This document shows positions 48,931-58,796 of a stretch of DNA of 64,000 bases, in pieces. Position numbers and translations under genes: made by a program. Positions within the stretch are counted from its first letter, which is position 1. Each line of letters opens with the position of its first letter. The stretch lies in the sequence record PP400788; one strand, written 5' to 3'. A model generated the notes under the pieces. That model saw only the letters and a list, made by a program, of their open reading frames with translations, searched no databases and had not been told where the DNA came from. Origin of the DNA: Escherichia phage FL33.

Positions 48931-50744
48931 TGGTGTTTAACCCTATGCATGATTTCTTTATTTTTACCGAGATTAAATCCGCGTTCGTTCGGATTTCCCA
49001 AATAACCACATGTTCTTCTTATTGTATTCATCTTTTTAGGATCAGTTTCTCCACAAATAGAACAAACAAATCCGTTTTCAGTAGGAGTCATTTCATGGGT
49101 ACTTCCGCATGTAAAACATTTATCTACTGGCATATTAACACCAAAATAATCTAAATGTTGTGCAGCATAATCCCACACGGCCTCAAGACCTTTTAAGTTA
49201 TTTTTCATATCAGGAAGTTCAACATAAGAAATGTGACCACCTGTCGCAATGAAATGATATGGAGCTTCACGAGAAATCTTTTCAAACGGAGTAATATTTT
49301 CTTCTACTGAAACATGGAAACTGTTAGTGTACCAGCCTTTATCGGTAACATCTTTTACACTTCCATATTTCTCTGTATCAAGTTTACAGAAGCGATAACA
49401 AAGGTTTTCAGCAGGAGTCGAATATAAACTAAAAGCAAATCCGGTTCTTTCAGTCCACTGCTTAAGACGAGCATTCATTTTAGTTAAAATTTCTTGTCCA
49501 ATATCACGACCAACAAGAATATTCAATTCGTGAATACCGATGTATCCTAGAGACACTGAACTTCTGCCGTTTTTAAATAACTCAATTATATCGTCATCAG
49601 GTTTAAGACGAACCCCAAATGCGCCTTCTTGGTAAAGAATAGGAGCAACAGTCGCTTTAACTCCTTTTAAGGAACTAATTCTACACATCAAAGCTTCAAA
49701 ACACAAATCCATTCGTTCATTGAATAATTCAACAAATTTCTGTTCATTGAATTGTGTTTCAATATAAGAATCTAACGCGATGCGAGGAAGATTCAGTGTT
49801 ACAACACCAAGATTATTACGTCCATCAAGAATTTCATTACCAGTCGAATCTTTCCATACGCTCAAGAAACTACGGCAACCCATTGGAGAAACAGGAACAG
49901 ATGAACCAGTGATAGCTTTATTGTTCTTAGCTGAAATAATATCAGGATACATCCTTTTGCTTGCACACTCTAGAGCAAGCTGCTTAATATCATAGTTCGG
50001 ATCGTCTTTATAAAGATTAACACCTTCTTCAACGAACATAACAAGCTTAGGGAAAATAGGAGTTATCCCATCACGACCAAGACCTTTAATACGATTTTTC
50101 AGAATTGCTTTCTGAATCATTCGTTCAGTCCAGTCAGTTCCCGTACCAAATGTAATTGTTACAAAAGGAGTCTGTCCATTTGAACTAAAGAGAGTATTTA
50201 CTTCATATTCATAAGCTTGGAATGCATCGTATACGTCTTTTTCTGTTTTAGATTGAGCATAATTCAACGCATCAGCGATTTGCCATTTTTCTGCATCCTC
50301 AATATGTTTTGCATAGGTGCGTTTAACATAAGGAGAAAGTACTTTATCTACATTCGCAAAAGTCGTTCCGCCGTATTGGTGAGAAGCAACCTGTGCAGTA
50401 ATTTGTGCCATAATTGCAGTAGCAACGCCAATTGATTTAGGAGTTTCAATCTGCGCATTACCTAGCTTAAATCCATTTTCAAGCATTCCTTTTAAATCTA
50501 CTAAACAGCAATTAGTAAATGGAAGAGCAGGGGAATAATCAATATCATGGAAATGAATAATTCCGCTTTCATGCGCTTTCATAATAAAAGACGGGACCAT
50601 ATTTTTGGCAATGTGTTTAGACACAATACCAGCCATAAGGTCCCGTTGAGTTGGAAAAACACGAGAATCTTTATTAGCATTCTCGTTTAAAAGGTCTTTA
50701 TTAGTTTTATGAATTAATCCTTCAATTTCTTTTTCAATTGTCAT
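48927..50744 (-). CDS. nrdD: Anaerobic ribonucleoside-triphosphate reductase NrdD (uninterrupted)
   Basis: 605-aa continuous ORF; C-terminal zinc ribbon CFTCGS..CSICGE and glycyl-radical region. Confidence 0.95.
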   Translation of the reverse strand: MTIEKEIEGLIHKTNKDLLNENANKDSRVFPTQRDLMAGIVSKHIAKNMVPSFIMKAHESGIIHFHDIDYSPALPFTNCCLVDLKGMLENGFKLGNAQIETPKSIGVATAIMAQITAQVASHQYGGTTFANVDKVLSPYVKRTYAKHIEDAEKWQIADALNYAQSKTEKDVYDAFQAYEYEVNTLFSSNGQTPFVTITFGTGTDWTERMIQKAILKNRIKGLGRDGITPIFPKLVMFVEEGVNLYKDDPNYDIKQLALECASKRMYPDIISAKNNKAITGSSVPVSPMGCRSFLSVWKDSTGNEILDGRNNLGVVTLNLPRIALDSYIETQFNEQKFVELFNERMDLCFEALMCRISSLKGVKATVAPILYQEGAFGVRLKPDDDIIELFKNGRSSVSLGYIGIHELNILVGRDIGQEILTKMNARLKQWTERTGFAFSLYSTPAENLCYRFCKLDTEKYGSVKDVTDKGWYTNSFHVSVEENITPFEKISREAPYHFIATGGHISYVELPDMKNNLKGLEAVWDYAAQHLDYFGVNMPVDKCFTCGSTHEMTPTENGFVCSICGETDPKKMNTIRRTCGYLGNPNERGFNLGKNKEIMHRVKHQ

Positions 50745-51214
50745 TTTAAACTCTTTCTAAGCTGCTTCTTAAATGAAGCTATTAATTGTGTTTTAGTGTC
50801 AGATTCATTATATTCAAATCCTCTTTGAAGCATCTCAGCCATCATTTCCTCTTTTCCTAAACGGGAAAATTCCTTTGATTTATCTCCAACAAAGTTAGGG
50901 TGAATATTATTTTGGGTGTAATCGGATTTTAAATAAGTAAGTAAATTTTCTAACCATTCAAGATAATCAACACCCTGTCCCTTTAAGCCAGAACGATTAA
51001 ATTTATGCTTCATTTGACCTTCTGCGGCATTGCAGAGATTACAAAGCAATCCACGTACCTTTCCTGCTTTTGGTCCATTTAATTCATGGTCATGGTCGAG
51101 GTGATTAGCTTGAACGTCAGGATTTAGTTCTCGTTGGCAAATTAAGCATTTACCGTTTTGTGCATCATAAAATTTCTGTTTTTCTTCTTTATATAATTTG
51201 CCAGTCAATAACAT
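50741..51214 (-). CDS. 49: Endonuclease VII gp49 (Holliday junction resolvase)
   Basis: 157 aa; CLICQ and HLDHDH motifs. Confidence 0.9.
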   Translation of the reverse strand: MLLTGKLYKEEKQKFYDAQNGKCLICQRELNPDVQANHLDHDHELNGPKAGKVRGLLCNLCNAAEGQMKHKFNRSGLKGQGVDYLEWLENLLTYLKSDYTQNNIHPNFVGDKSKEFSRLGKEEMMAEMLQRGFEYNESDTKTQLIASFKKQLRKSLK

Positions 51215-51255
51215 AATAAACCCTTACCTTAAATAGATAAGGGTATTTATTATTT

Positions 51256-51741
51256 TCAAGTATTGTAAAACATTTGATTCAATCGCTTATATTGCCGAAT
51301 CTTTTGGTCAGAAAAAGAAATTTGGGTTTCAAGCCATTCAATATATTCTGCCGCAGCTTGCATCAAATTTCCTTCATAGCCATCGTTATTTTCTTGTGCA
51401 GCTAATTTAGCTAATGCGTATGAAATACGTTCACCCTGAAAATCGGCTTTAGGCTTCTGAACAACTTGATTAGTTCGCTCTACAACTTCTTCAATTTCGC
51501 CATTTTCGACTGATTCAGTATTCCACAAACACCAATACGTAATTGGCTTATCGTAGATGTTAATAATCTTTCCATCAGAAAGTTCAATTTCAATAATTCC
51601 AGTATCAGGTTCTATATCATCTTCACATTCTTTTGCAAGTTCACGAACTTTAAAGACAGTACCTGCACTAAGTTCCGGCCAGTAATTACACAGCCCTGTA
51701 TCAGCACGATTAATTCTAAACCACTTATCTACTGTAATCAT
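51256..51741 (-). CDS. pin: Pin-like protein (inhibitor of host Lon protease), probable
   Basis: 161 aa from ATG at 51741 (ORF-track TTG start gives 167); position between nrdC block and gene 49. Confidence 0.55.
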   Translation of the reverse strand: MITVDKWFRINRADTGLCNYWPELSAGTVFKVRELAKECEDDIEPDTGIIEIELSDGKIINIYDKPITYWCLWNTESVENGEIEEVVERTNQVVQKPKADFQGERISYALAKLAAQENNDGYEGNLMQAAAEYIEWLETQISFSDQKIRQYKRLNQMFYNT

Positions 51742-51864
51742 GTCCCATCTCCATATCAATTAAGTCATTTATCGTTGGTTCATTATATACTGTTTCTTCA
51801 TCAGTGTAAACCGGTTCTTCCGGCTCTGGCTCTACAGTTTCCCATCTAGCCGCCCACCAAGGTT

Positions 51865-52185
51865 TTATAGCGTAATCCATTCTCTTACTGTCTGAGTTAC
51901 TACACGTTCTCGAAGCTCAACCAGTTCAACGGTAGGAACTGCATAATACCAGTCAGAATGGTAAGAACCTGAGCGAGATTCATTTACAGCCACATGTACA
52001 TTATGTTTTGGACTAAAATAAACACACTGACGATATTGACATTTACCATCTTGCACCCAGTCTTCTATTTCGATAGGTTTAAGATAATCGGAAAAATCGA
52101 AATCATAGTTTTCTGAAAATGCATCGTGGTCTTCGATGATTTCGCTCAGAACTGCATCAACATCTAATTTATTTTCAATAGTCAT
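51865..52185 (-). CDS. Hypothetical protein (106 aa)
   Basis: Co-oriented ORF. Confidence 0.5.
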   Translation of the reverse strand: MTIENKLDVDAVLSEIIEDHDAFSENYDFDFSDYLKPIEIEDWVQDGKCQYRQCVYFSPKHNVHVAVNESRSGSYHSDWYYAVPTVELVELRERVVTQTVREWITL

Positions 52186-52195
52186 TTTTCACCAA

Positions 52196-52405
52196 TTAAT
52201 TTCGCAATTTATTAAGTTCTTCATAATCAATCCAGGATTCTAATCCTGATGGCAAATCAGATTCAATTTCCCAAAGAAGTTCTTCAATTTTATGAAGACG
52301 ATCTAATTCTTCAGCTGGAATAGTAACCATTGATGGAGTTCTTGATACACTAATATCGTAAATCATATTTACCCCAGTTTGACCATACAATCGCCGTATT
52401 TCCAC
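52196..52405 (-). CDS. Hypothetical protein (69 aa)
   Basis: Co-oriented ORF. Confidence 0.45.
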   Translation of the reverse strand: MEIRRLYGQTGVNMIYDISVSRTPSMVTIPAEELDRLHKIEELLWEIESDLPSGLESWIDYEELNKLRN

Positions 52406-52584
52406 TTAGAAATAGACTTTTCGCCGTTAGAATAATAAACTTCGAGTTTAGCACGATTATTTTTAATTTGAATAACCTTGGCTGTCATCAAAGTTCCATA
52501 CCCGTAGTAAACTGCAACTTCATCACCTACATATACCGCGCTTCCGCGGTAATCATGGATATAATCAGTTCCTTCGAGAATCAT
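52369..52584 (-). CDS. Hypothetical protein (71 aa)
   Basis: Co-oriented ORF overlapping nrdC start. Confidence 0.45.
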   Translation of the reverse strand: MILEGTDYIHDYRGSAVYVGDEVAVYYGYGTLMTAKVIQIKNNRAKLEVYYSNGEKSISKWKYGDCMVKLG

Positions 52585-52844
52585 TTAAAGTATTCCCGCA
52601 ATTGGTCAAATCCACCAATATGACTTCCATCAGGAGCAAATACCTGAGGCATTGTTAAGCCGATTTGAGTATCACGACCTAGTTTAGTCAGAAGCTCAGC
52701 GATTTTCTCATCATCAAAAACACCTTTTTCCGGCATAATGTTGATAAATTCAAACGGCTGTTTCTTCACGGTCAAAAGACGTTTTGCATTATCGCAGTAC
52801 ACACATTTGTGGATGTTGCTATCATAACCATATACTTTAAACAT
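52581..52844 (-). CDS. nrdC: Thioredoxin/glutaredoxin NrdC
   Basis: 87 aa with CVYC active site. Confidence 0.85.
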   Translation of the reverse strand: MFKVYGYDSNIHKCVYCDNAKRLLTVKKQPFEFINIMPEKGVFDDEKIAELLTKLGRDTQIGLTMPQVFAPDGSHIGGFDQLREYFK

Positions 52845-52845
52845 A

Positions 52846-53103
52846 TTATTCCTTAATTCCTAGTACTTGTTTAAAAGTCTCGTCGTAATCAAGACTTTGG
52901 CCCGTTTGTTCTTTATGTTTGTATATAATATCACTTACTTCTGATAGCATATTTTTATATGAACGAGTTAAAGCAGATTTAAGCACGCTATATCTATCAG
53001 GAAATTTACCATGTTCATTATAATAAGCTATTGCTAATTCACGGACTGCTTTTTCAGCAATCTCCATATATTCTTTACGCTTTGTCATTTTCTTCTCGGT
53101 CAA
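52846..53103 (-). CDS. Hypothetical protein (85 aa)
   Basis: Co-oriented ORF. Confidence 0.5.
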   Translation of the reverse strand: MTEKKMTKRKEYMEIAEKAVRELAIAYYNEHGKFPDRYSVLKSALTRSYKNMLSEVSDIIYKHKEQTGQSLDYDETFKQVLGIKE

Positions 53104-53389
53104 ATCGGTGTTTACAATGGCGGCATTTATAACGAAGATTACTAGTCTGCCAATGAACTAATTGTACCTGTTCAGTACCGCATTCAGGACAATTAGGAAC
53201 GTTTTTAGAAGCACGTTCGCGGCGTTCAACCATGACCATTACAGAATCCCAATTAACAGGAGGGCTATAATCATCACAACCATAAATCTTTCCACGCATT
53301 TCCAGATCGTCTTCTTCACCAGCCATAATAATTTTAATTAGACTAGAATTACTTGAAGCTGCAATGTCTTCTAATAGACGCTTTTTCAT
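53075..53389 (-). CDS. Hypothetical zinc-finger-like protein (104 aa)
   Basis: Contains CPECG...CRHC cysteine pairs. Confidence 0.5.
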   Translation of the reverse strand: MKKRLLEDIAASSNSSLIKIIMAGEEDDLEMRGKIYGCDDYSPPVNWDSVMVMVERRERASKNVPNCPECGTEQVQLVHWQTSNLRYKCRHCKHRFDREENDKA

Positions 53390-54315
53390 TTCAATACCTC
53401 AATAGCATTACGTAAACCATTTGCTTTTGCATTAAGAGCTTTTAACAATTTGGTGTGTTCTGCAATTTGGGCTTCAACTTCAATCAAACGAGCATTGAGA
53501 TATTCACGTTCTTCGCTCAAGTTATCAACCTTTTCTACTTTAGGTTCTTTTACAACTGGCTTATACGTATTAGGATTCTTCAGTTTAATTAGAATGCGTG
53601 AACTGTATAACATTGAACCATTATCTTCGGTTTCATCATACATTTCTACTACGTCCATGATTTTTAACATCATGCGAAGTTTATAAGACAACGAACGAAT
53701 AGTTTTGTTGTGCTTATTAATTTCTTTAGCTGTCATGGTGCCGAGATTACGTGAGTAATAATAAGGAACCTGGATATTAATTAACACTGATGAACCACCT
53801 GGCTTGTGTGTTACTTCATCAGCAATAACCCAGTCCTTAACATGAACTGTATTTGTACGGTCATCGCCCATGGTAAACAGTTTGCGAGCATGCTTAAAAA
53901 GCATATTCACTTGAGTATTGAATTGACAAGCAAATTTATCAGCAAATTTAGTTTCAGGAATGGTAGATAACCAATCAGCCAAATGGGTCTTTTTAACATC
54001 GTTAATAATAGTAAATTCAACCAAATCGGTTATAGATGTCGCAGATTTAATGAAGCTCGGCTTCATAAAGTTTTTAATGTTATCACGAGCTACAGTAGAA
54101 GATAACATACGAGAACGTTTAAACCATTCAAGCAAATTGCCTAACGAATGAGAATAAGCGTTTTGAGTATCTTTACAGATATGATTTTCCTGGCCAACAT
54201 ATTGAAGGAAATCACGAAGAATATTATTGATTACTGCTCTGTGTCCGATCTGATAATTACGGTGTTTAGTAATAAGACTGTCAAAATAATCAATATAATG
54301 TTTACGAGTTTTCAT
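53386..54315 (-). CDS. Paralog family member 1 (309 aa), C-terminal coiled coil
   Basis: N-term MKTRKHYIDYF; C-terminal heptad-like [42 protein letters not shown]. Confidence 0.65.
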   Translation of the reverse strand: MKTRKHYIDYFDSLITKHRNYQIGHRAVINNILRDFLQYVGQENHICKDTQNAYSHSLGNLLEWFKRSRMLSSTVARDNIKNFMKPSFIKSATSITDLVEFTIINDVKKTHLADWLSTIPETKFADKFACQFNTQVNMLFKHARKLFTMGDDRTNTVHVKDWVIADEVTHKPGGSSVLINIQVPYYYSRNLGTMTAKEINKHNKTIRSLSYKLRMMLKIMDVVEMYDETEDNGSMLYSSRILIKLKNPNTYKPVVKEPKVEKVDNLSEEREYLNARLIEVEAQIAEHTKLLKALNAKANGLRNAIEVLK

Positions 54316-54366
54316 GTTCTTCTCACTTATTAATGATTTATACTCCGAGCCATCCTTGGCTTTAAA

Positions 54367-55368
54367 TTACTTAATTAACTGTAAAGCTTGTTCAAGACGA
54401 TCCAAGCGATTAACAGATTCTTCCCAAATCCTTTTAGCCTGCTCATATTCTTTCTGCGCTTTATTAGAAATTTCTAGAACTTCTTTATAAGCTTTTTCTA
54501 GTGCAATAACTTCTGGACGAATTTCTACCGATTCACCTGAATCGTCAAGACATTCCATTAGTTCCTCAAGGGTAGTTTCTTCTTTAGGAGTATTCACAAT
54601 TTCATCACATTTTTGTTGGTAAATTTCTTTATCAGTAGGTGAGTACGCACACTTTACTTCACGAAGACTAATTACGAGTTTATATCCTTCCCAGCCGCAT
54701 ATATTCTTAAAAGGATATGTATGAATATTTTCTACTGTTTCCATACAAAGTAATGCGGTCTCTAATTGACGAGTTATAGTGCTAGCAATTGAGAAAAATT
54801 TATTAATATTCTTTTGGTTAGTTTCTGGTGTAAAAAATCCATAATTCACAAAAATAGCTACTTTATTTTTATCAAGTTCATATTCTTTTATGATAATCAT
54901 ATCAGAAGCCAAAGGATGAATTTGACGATAATCGCCATAACATAATTTAGAAGCTGATTTTAGAATTTGCTTCTTAAAAAGTCTGAAATTACTAATCCAA
55001 CGACGAGTAAAAATATTCTCAGGGTCTTCTTTGACAGTAAGATGATAAGAATTAACATCACCGAACCAATTATATCCTACTACATCTTTGGTTCGTTTAA
55101 TTTCTTTCCCAAAATTACCAAGAATATCCCGATTAACCAAATATGAAAGAAGACGAGACTCTTTAAAGGTTTTCTTGATAACATCTTTATCTACACGGCT
55201 AGAAATTTTACGAATTTCATGAATAAATTTAGTAGAAGAAACAATACTTGCATCAACACTATTGAGCCATTGATTGATAATAGAAAGAACGCTATTTTGG
55301 CCAAACACTGGTATAGCTTTATCATCAATAACACTATTGAATGATTTGATATATTCGTTACGAGTCAT
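54367..55368 (-). CDS. Paralog family member 2 (333 aa), C-terminal coiled coil
   Basis: ATG at 55368 (MTRNEYIKSF) downstream of early promoter; shared motif RRWISNFRLFKKQILKSASKL. Confidence 0.65.
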   Translation of the reverse strand: MTRNEYIKSFNSVIDDKAIPVFGQNSVLSIINQWLNSVDASIVSSTKFIHEIRKISSRVDKDVIKKTFKESRLLSYLVNRDILGNFGKEIKRTKDVVGYNWFGDVNSYHLTVKEDPENIFTRRWISNFRLFKKQILKSASKLCYGDYRQIHPLASDMIIIKEYELDKNKVAIFVNYGFFTPETNQKNINKFFSIASTITRQLETALLCMETVENIHTYPFKNICGWEGYKLVISLREVKCAYSPTDKEIYQQKCDEIVNTPKEETTLEELMECLDDSGESVEIRPEVIALEKAYKEVLEISNKAQKEYEQAKRIWEESVNRLDRLEQALQLIK

Positions 55369-55396
55369 ATTAATCTCCTCAGTAGAAAGTAAGAAC

Positions 55397-55425
55397 ATTA
55401 TACCACATCCGTGTGGTAAAGTAAA
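55397..55425 (-). promoter_or_regulatory. Early sigma70-type promoter
   Basis: TTTACT-17bp-TATAAT on minus strand. Confidence 0.55.
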
Positions 55426-56454
55426 CTAGTTCAGTGCATTTAGTGCATTGTTCAGTTTAGAACGTTGCTTCGTGAGATTTTTGACTTTTTCTTGAGCTTT
55501 TTCTAGCATCTTTTCAGCTTCTAACACTTCATTAGTTGCTTTAACGAGTTCATCATCTACTGCTTTAAGAGACTCCTCAATCGCATCTGCATGCCATTTT
55601 TCAACAGGTTTAAGACTCGGATTTTCAATAGGAAGAAAATTCACTTTATTGAATTTCCATGCATCTTTATTACCTGAACTATACATCCAAAATTTAGGAT
55701 CGTTTGATGAGTAATTGGATAAATTTAAATTTAAGTTATCTTGCACTTCCTGCTTTTTCTCTTGCGTGACTTCGTCCTTTCTTAAAAAATCGTATTTAAA
55801 TGAAACGATCATATCAAGTTCATATGTTGTTGTGTCTAATTTAAATCGTTCGAAATGCTTTGAAATCTTAGACTGAACACCAGCAACAACATCCATATAC
55901 TTAAATGCTTCTGTCAACTGTGATTTAAGGCATTCACAAATTGAAAGAGAATTTTTTGTATTAGGTTTAAAGCTAATTCGTGCGGTTCTATTATTTTCTT
56001 TTAATGGTCTTACTTCCATCTGAAGAGTATAACCATCAAATTTCAGATTCTTTAAGTTAATTTCAGAACCTTTTAATCGACTCGCAGTTGATAAAATTTG
56101 CTTTAATTGTCTACGGAACAGAGCAATAAATCTCCATTCAATACGATAATGATTTGGATTGAAAAATCCAGATGATAAATTGACCTTACTTTGACCAACG
56201 CCTTGAACAAATAGAGGATTTTTATAATCAATAGTTTTACAGAAATCGGTGAGCTGCTCACGAGCAGTCATTTGCGTAATATACCCTGCTTTACTAAAAT
56301 TACGCACCCATTCACTGCTATTCAGATATTTAAAGTGATGAATAGCACGATTAACTTTATCAAAGTCTAAATTATTTTCACACAAAAATGTCATAACATC
56401 ACGAGTATCGCTAGCGTTACGAACCATATCTTCAATTTGAGAACGAGTTTTCAT
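55426..56454 (-). CDS. Paralog family member 3 (342 aa), C-terminal coiled coil
   Basis: N-term MKTRSQIEDM; shared motif YRIEWRFIALFRRQLKQILSTASRLK. Confidence 0.65.
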   Translation of the reverse strand: MKTRSQIEDMVRNASDTRDVMTFLCENNLDFDKVNRAIHHFKYLNSSEWVRNFSKAGYITQMTAREQLTDFCKTIDYKNPLFVQGVGQSKVNLSSGFFNPNHYRIEWRFIALFRRQLKQILSTASRLKGSEINLKNLKFDGYTLQMEVRPLKENNRTARISFKPNTKNSLSICECLKSQLTEAFKYMDVVAGVQSKISKHFERFKLDTTTYELDMIVSFKYDFLRKDEVTQEKKQEVQDNLNLNLSNYSSNDPKFWMYSSGNKDAWKFNKVNFLPIENPSLKPVEKWHADAIEESLKAVDDELVKATNEVLEAEKMLEKAQEKVKNLTKQRSKLNNALNALN

Positions 56455-56462
56455 AGTGTTCC

Positions 56463-57353
56463 TTAAGATTTAAGTAAATCAACAATTTTAATTAACTTTT
56501 CACGCTCAGATTTAGCTTTACTACTCAATCCAGATAGTCTGAAAATTTCATCGTCATATTGTTGAATAGAAATATTCAGCTCTTCAATCTGTTTATTAAA
56601 ATAATCAATTTGTTCAGAATGTTTTTCGTTACTACGAACTGGTACAGGTTTCGTAGGCAATTTAGTTGAACTGGATTCATCCGGGCGATAAATTAAAATA
56701 CAACTTGAACCAATAGGGCATTTTGCACCAGATGAATATTCTAATGTTCCAGCTTCTTTTAAAACTTCAAAAGCCAAACAGAGATGATGCCCCATATTAA
56801 CATAATCTGTAGAGCGAGCTCTGATGTAATAATCATCTCCACGAATACTAAATTTAAAGCATTTAAGGTCTTCTGTATTATTGGTCTTAAAAATCATTTG
56901 TTTATCTAGACCTTTAGCTAATCGAGCGCCTAATGCTAATAATCGTCGTTGATTTTCCCACAAATCCGCTATCATTTGATCGAATGATAATTTCGGCATT
57001 AGTCGACCATAAAGGTCATATCCTTTATTATAATTACGAAGGATTTCACTCGCATTAATACGAGACAACGCTCCAATTTTATTAAGGGCTTTCATAATGC
57101 GATTAGATAAACTCATTCCAGACCCATTTGTTCGCTGTAAATGTTTTTCTAATCCAAAGCCAATATCAACTTTAAACTTATCTAAAATTTCGGCATGAAC
57201 ATCTCTGTCAATAACATTCAAATCCAAAGTTGGGTTAAATCTATGAAAAAATTTATCTGGCTCTCCACGACGAAATACAGTCCATTCATTCATCATTTTT
57301 TTATTAACTAAAGATTTAATTACTGCATTGACATTATTAATTACGACTGACAT
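56463..57353 (-). CDS. Paralog family member 4 (296 aa), C-terminal coiled coil
   Basis: ATG at 57353 with GAGG RBS; shared motif WENQRRLLALGARLAKGL. Confidence 0.6.
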   Translation of the reverse strand: MSVVINNVNAVIKSLVNKKMMNEWTVFRRGEPDKFFHRFNPTLDLNVIDRDVHAEILDKFKVDIGFGLEKHLQRTNGSGMSLSNRIMKALNKIGALSRINASEILRNYNKGYDLYGRLMPKLSFDQMIADLWENQRRLLALGARLAKGLDKQMIFKTNNTEDLKCFKFSIRGDDYYIRARSTDYVNMGHHLCLAFEVLKEAGTLEYSSGAKCPIGSSCILIYRPDESSSTKLPTKPVPVRSNEKHSEQIDYFNKQIEELNISIQQYDDEIFRLSGLSSKAKSEREKLIKIVDLLKS

Positions 57354-57360
57354 ATTTTCC

Positions 57361-57768
57361 TCACTCAATTTCAATTTTACTAAATACACAGAATATGATT
57401 GAACAGACTACATAAGCACCGCACACAGATTGAACTAATACCATTCCAAAGAACCAAACAATATTATCAAACAGTGTCTGTTTTACGTCGAAAGGACGTA
57501 AACTTACAGTAATATTATCACCTTTTTCTATTGAAGAATACATCTCTGGGGAAATATATTCACTAAATCTATAACCGTCTTTAAGTTCATATACGGCAAT
57601 AAACGATAAACTAGACCCCTTTCCTTGTGTTCCTGTAATGGTATTAACTACAGTAACATCATAATCTTTATAGTGCATATAATCATTAATAGCATAATAA
57701 CCGTATGCAACTACTACACATAAACAACATATCAATAAATTCAATCTTTTAATTATCAACTGTTTCAT
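57361..57768 (-). CDS. Membrane protein (135 aa)
   Basis: N- and C-terminal hydrophobic helices. Confidence 0.55.
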   Translation of the reverse strand: MKQLIIKRLNLLICCLCVVVAYGYYAINDYMHYKDYDVTVVNTITGTQGKGSSLSFIAVYELKDGYRFSEYISPEMYSSIEKGDNITVSLRPFDVKQTLFDNIVWFFGMVLVQSVCGAYVVCSIIFCVFSKIEIE

Positions 57769-57823
57769 AATAATCTCAATTAAAAGGGCTTAGAACCATT
57801 ATACCATCCTTGGTATAAAGCGG

Positions 57824-58351
57824 TTATGCGAGTACCGTCTTTAACCGTTCTTCAAACTTCCGAAGAGTATTTTGGCGTTCAGCTCTTTGCTTTTTGTAAG
57901 TTTCAATACGCTCTGAAATGAGAGAGTATCGTTCATTTACTGATTCTTTCATAAAATCAGGAATTTCACGAGAAGCTTTAATCTCATCAAATTTATCAAT
58001 AACAGCTTGCTCTTCAGCAATTAAGTTATCATACATTAAAATATCTTTCTTGATGAACTCAATATCTTCTTGAGTTACACGAGATAATTTAGATACTTTA
58101 TCCTTTTTGTACTGTTCGTTAGTATCACGAGACCAGTGCAATGTACGATTTTTATTCGTATTCTTGTAAATTTCTACAATACCAATCTCATCGATAATAA
58201 CGATCCAATTCCAACGGGATTTGTAAATTTGTCCTCCATCAACAGTGATTTCACCTCCGATTGAGATGTCATTAAAGAACTTACTTTGTGCTTCAGATTT
58301 AAATTTACCATCGTTGTAATTTACCAAGTTGAAAATATCTTTAGCGTTCAT
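57824..58351 (-). CDS. Hypothetical protein (175 aa)
   Basis: ORF downstream of early promoter; charged C-terminal helix. Confidence 0.55.
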   Translation of the reverse strand: MNAKDIFNLVNYNDGKFKSEAQSKFFNDISIGGEITVDGGQIYKSRWNWIVIIDEIGIVEIYKNTNKNRTLHWSRDTNEQYKKDKVSKLSRVTQEDIEFIKKDILMYDNLIAEEQAVIDKFDEIKASREIPDFMKESVNERYSLISERIETYKKQRAERQNTLRKFEERLKTVLA

Positions 58352-58379
58352 TTTGTGTTCCTCCGTAGTTGATAGTTGT

Positions 58380-58408
58380 ATAGTACCACAGAGGAACAGT
58401 CTTGTAAA
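58380..58408 (-). promoter_or_regulatory. Early sigma70-type promoter (repeated element)
   Basis: TTTACA-17bp-TACTAT with conserved flanks. Confidence 0.6.
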
Positions 58409-58411
58409 CCA

Positions 58412-58714
58412 CTAAAAGAAACTTCTTTCACAATTTTTTCCACTGAACCATGCGCTTACCGCTTTCTTAGTCTCAGGAGCAGTGTTATCCATAAACCATT
58501 CAAAGGCAGCCTTTTTATGATTCTGGAGGGCTTCTCGGGCTTTAATCTGCTCACGGTCTATTAACACTAACATATGAGCCTTTCTTGTCACCATGGGCTT
58601 CTTATGATTTTTTGAATACTCCCAGTCATTTGTCCATCGCATTGTCGTTGCAAATTGAAATACAGCTTCTTTAATCTTAGTTTCGTAAATTTCACGAGCC
58701 TTTGAGTATAACAT
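58412..58714 (-). CDS. Hypothetical protein (100 aa)
   Basis: ATG at 58714 with GGAGG RBS. Confidence 0.5.
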   Translation of the reverse strand: MLYSKAREIYETKIKEAVFQFATTMRWTNDWEYSKNHKKPMVTRKAHMLVLIDREQIKAREALQNHKKAAFEWFMDNTAPETKKAVSAWFSGKNCERSFF

Positions 58715-58796
58715 CACTACCTCCATTTACCAGTTTAATTCTAGTCATCTTTTTAATGGCAGTCCATATAATCTATTTCTGAACTGCCTTTTTGTC

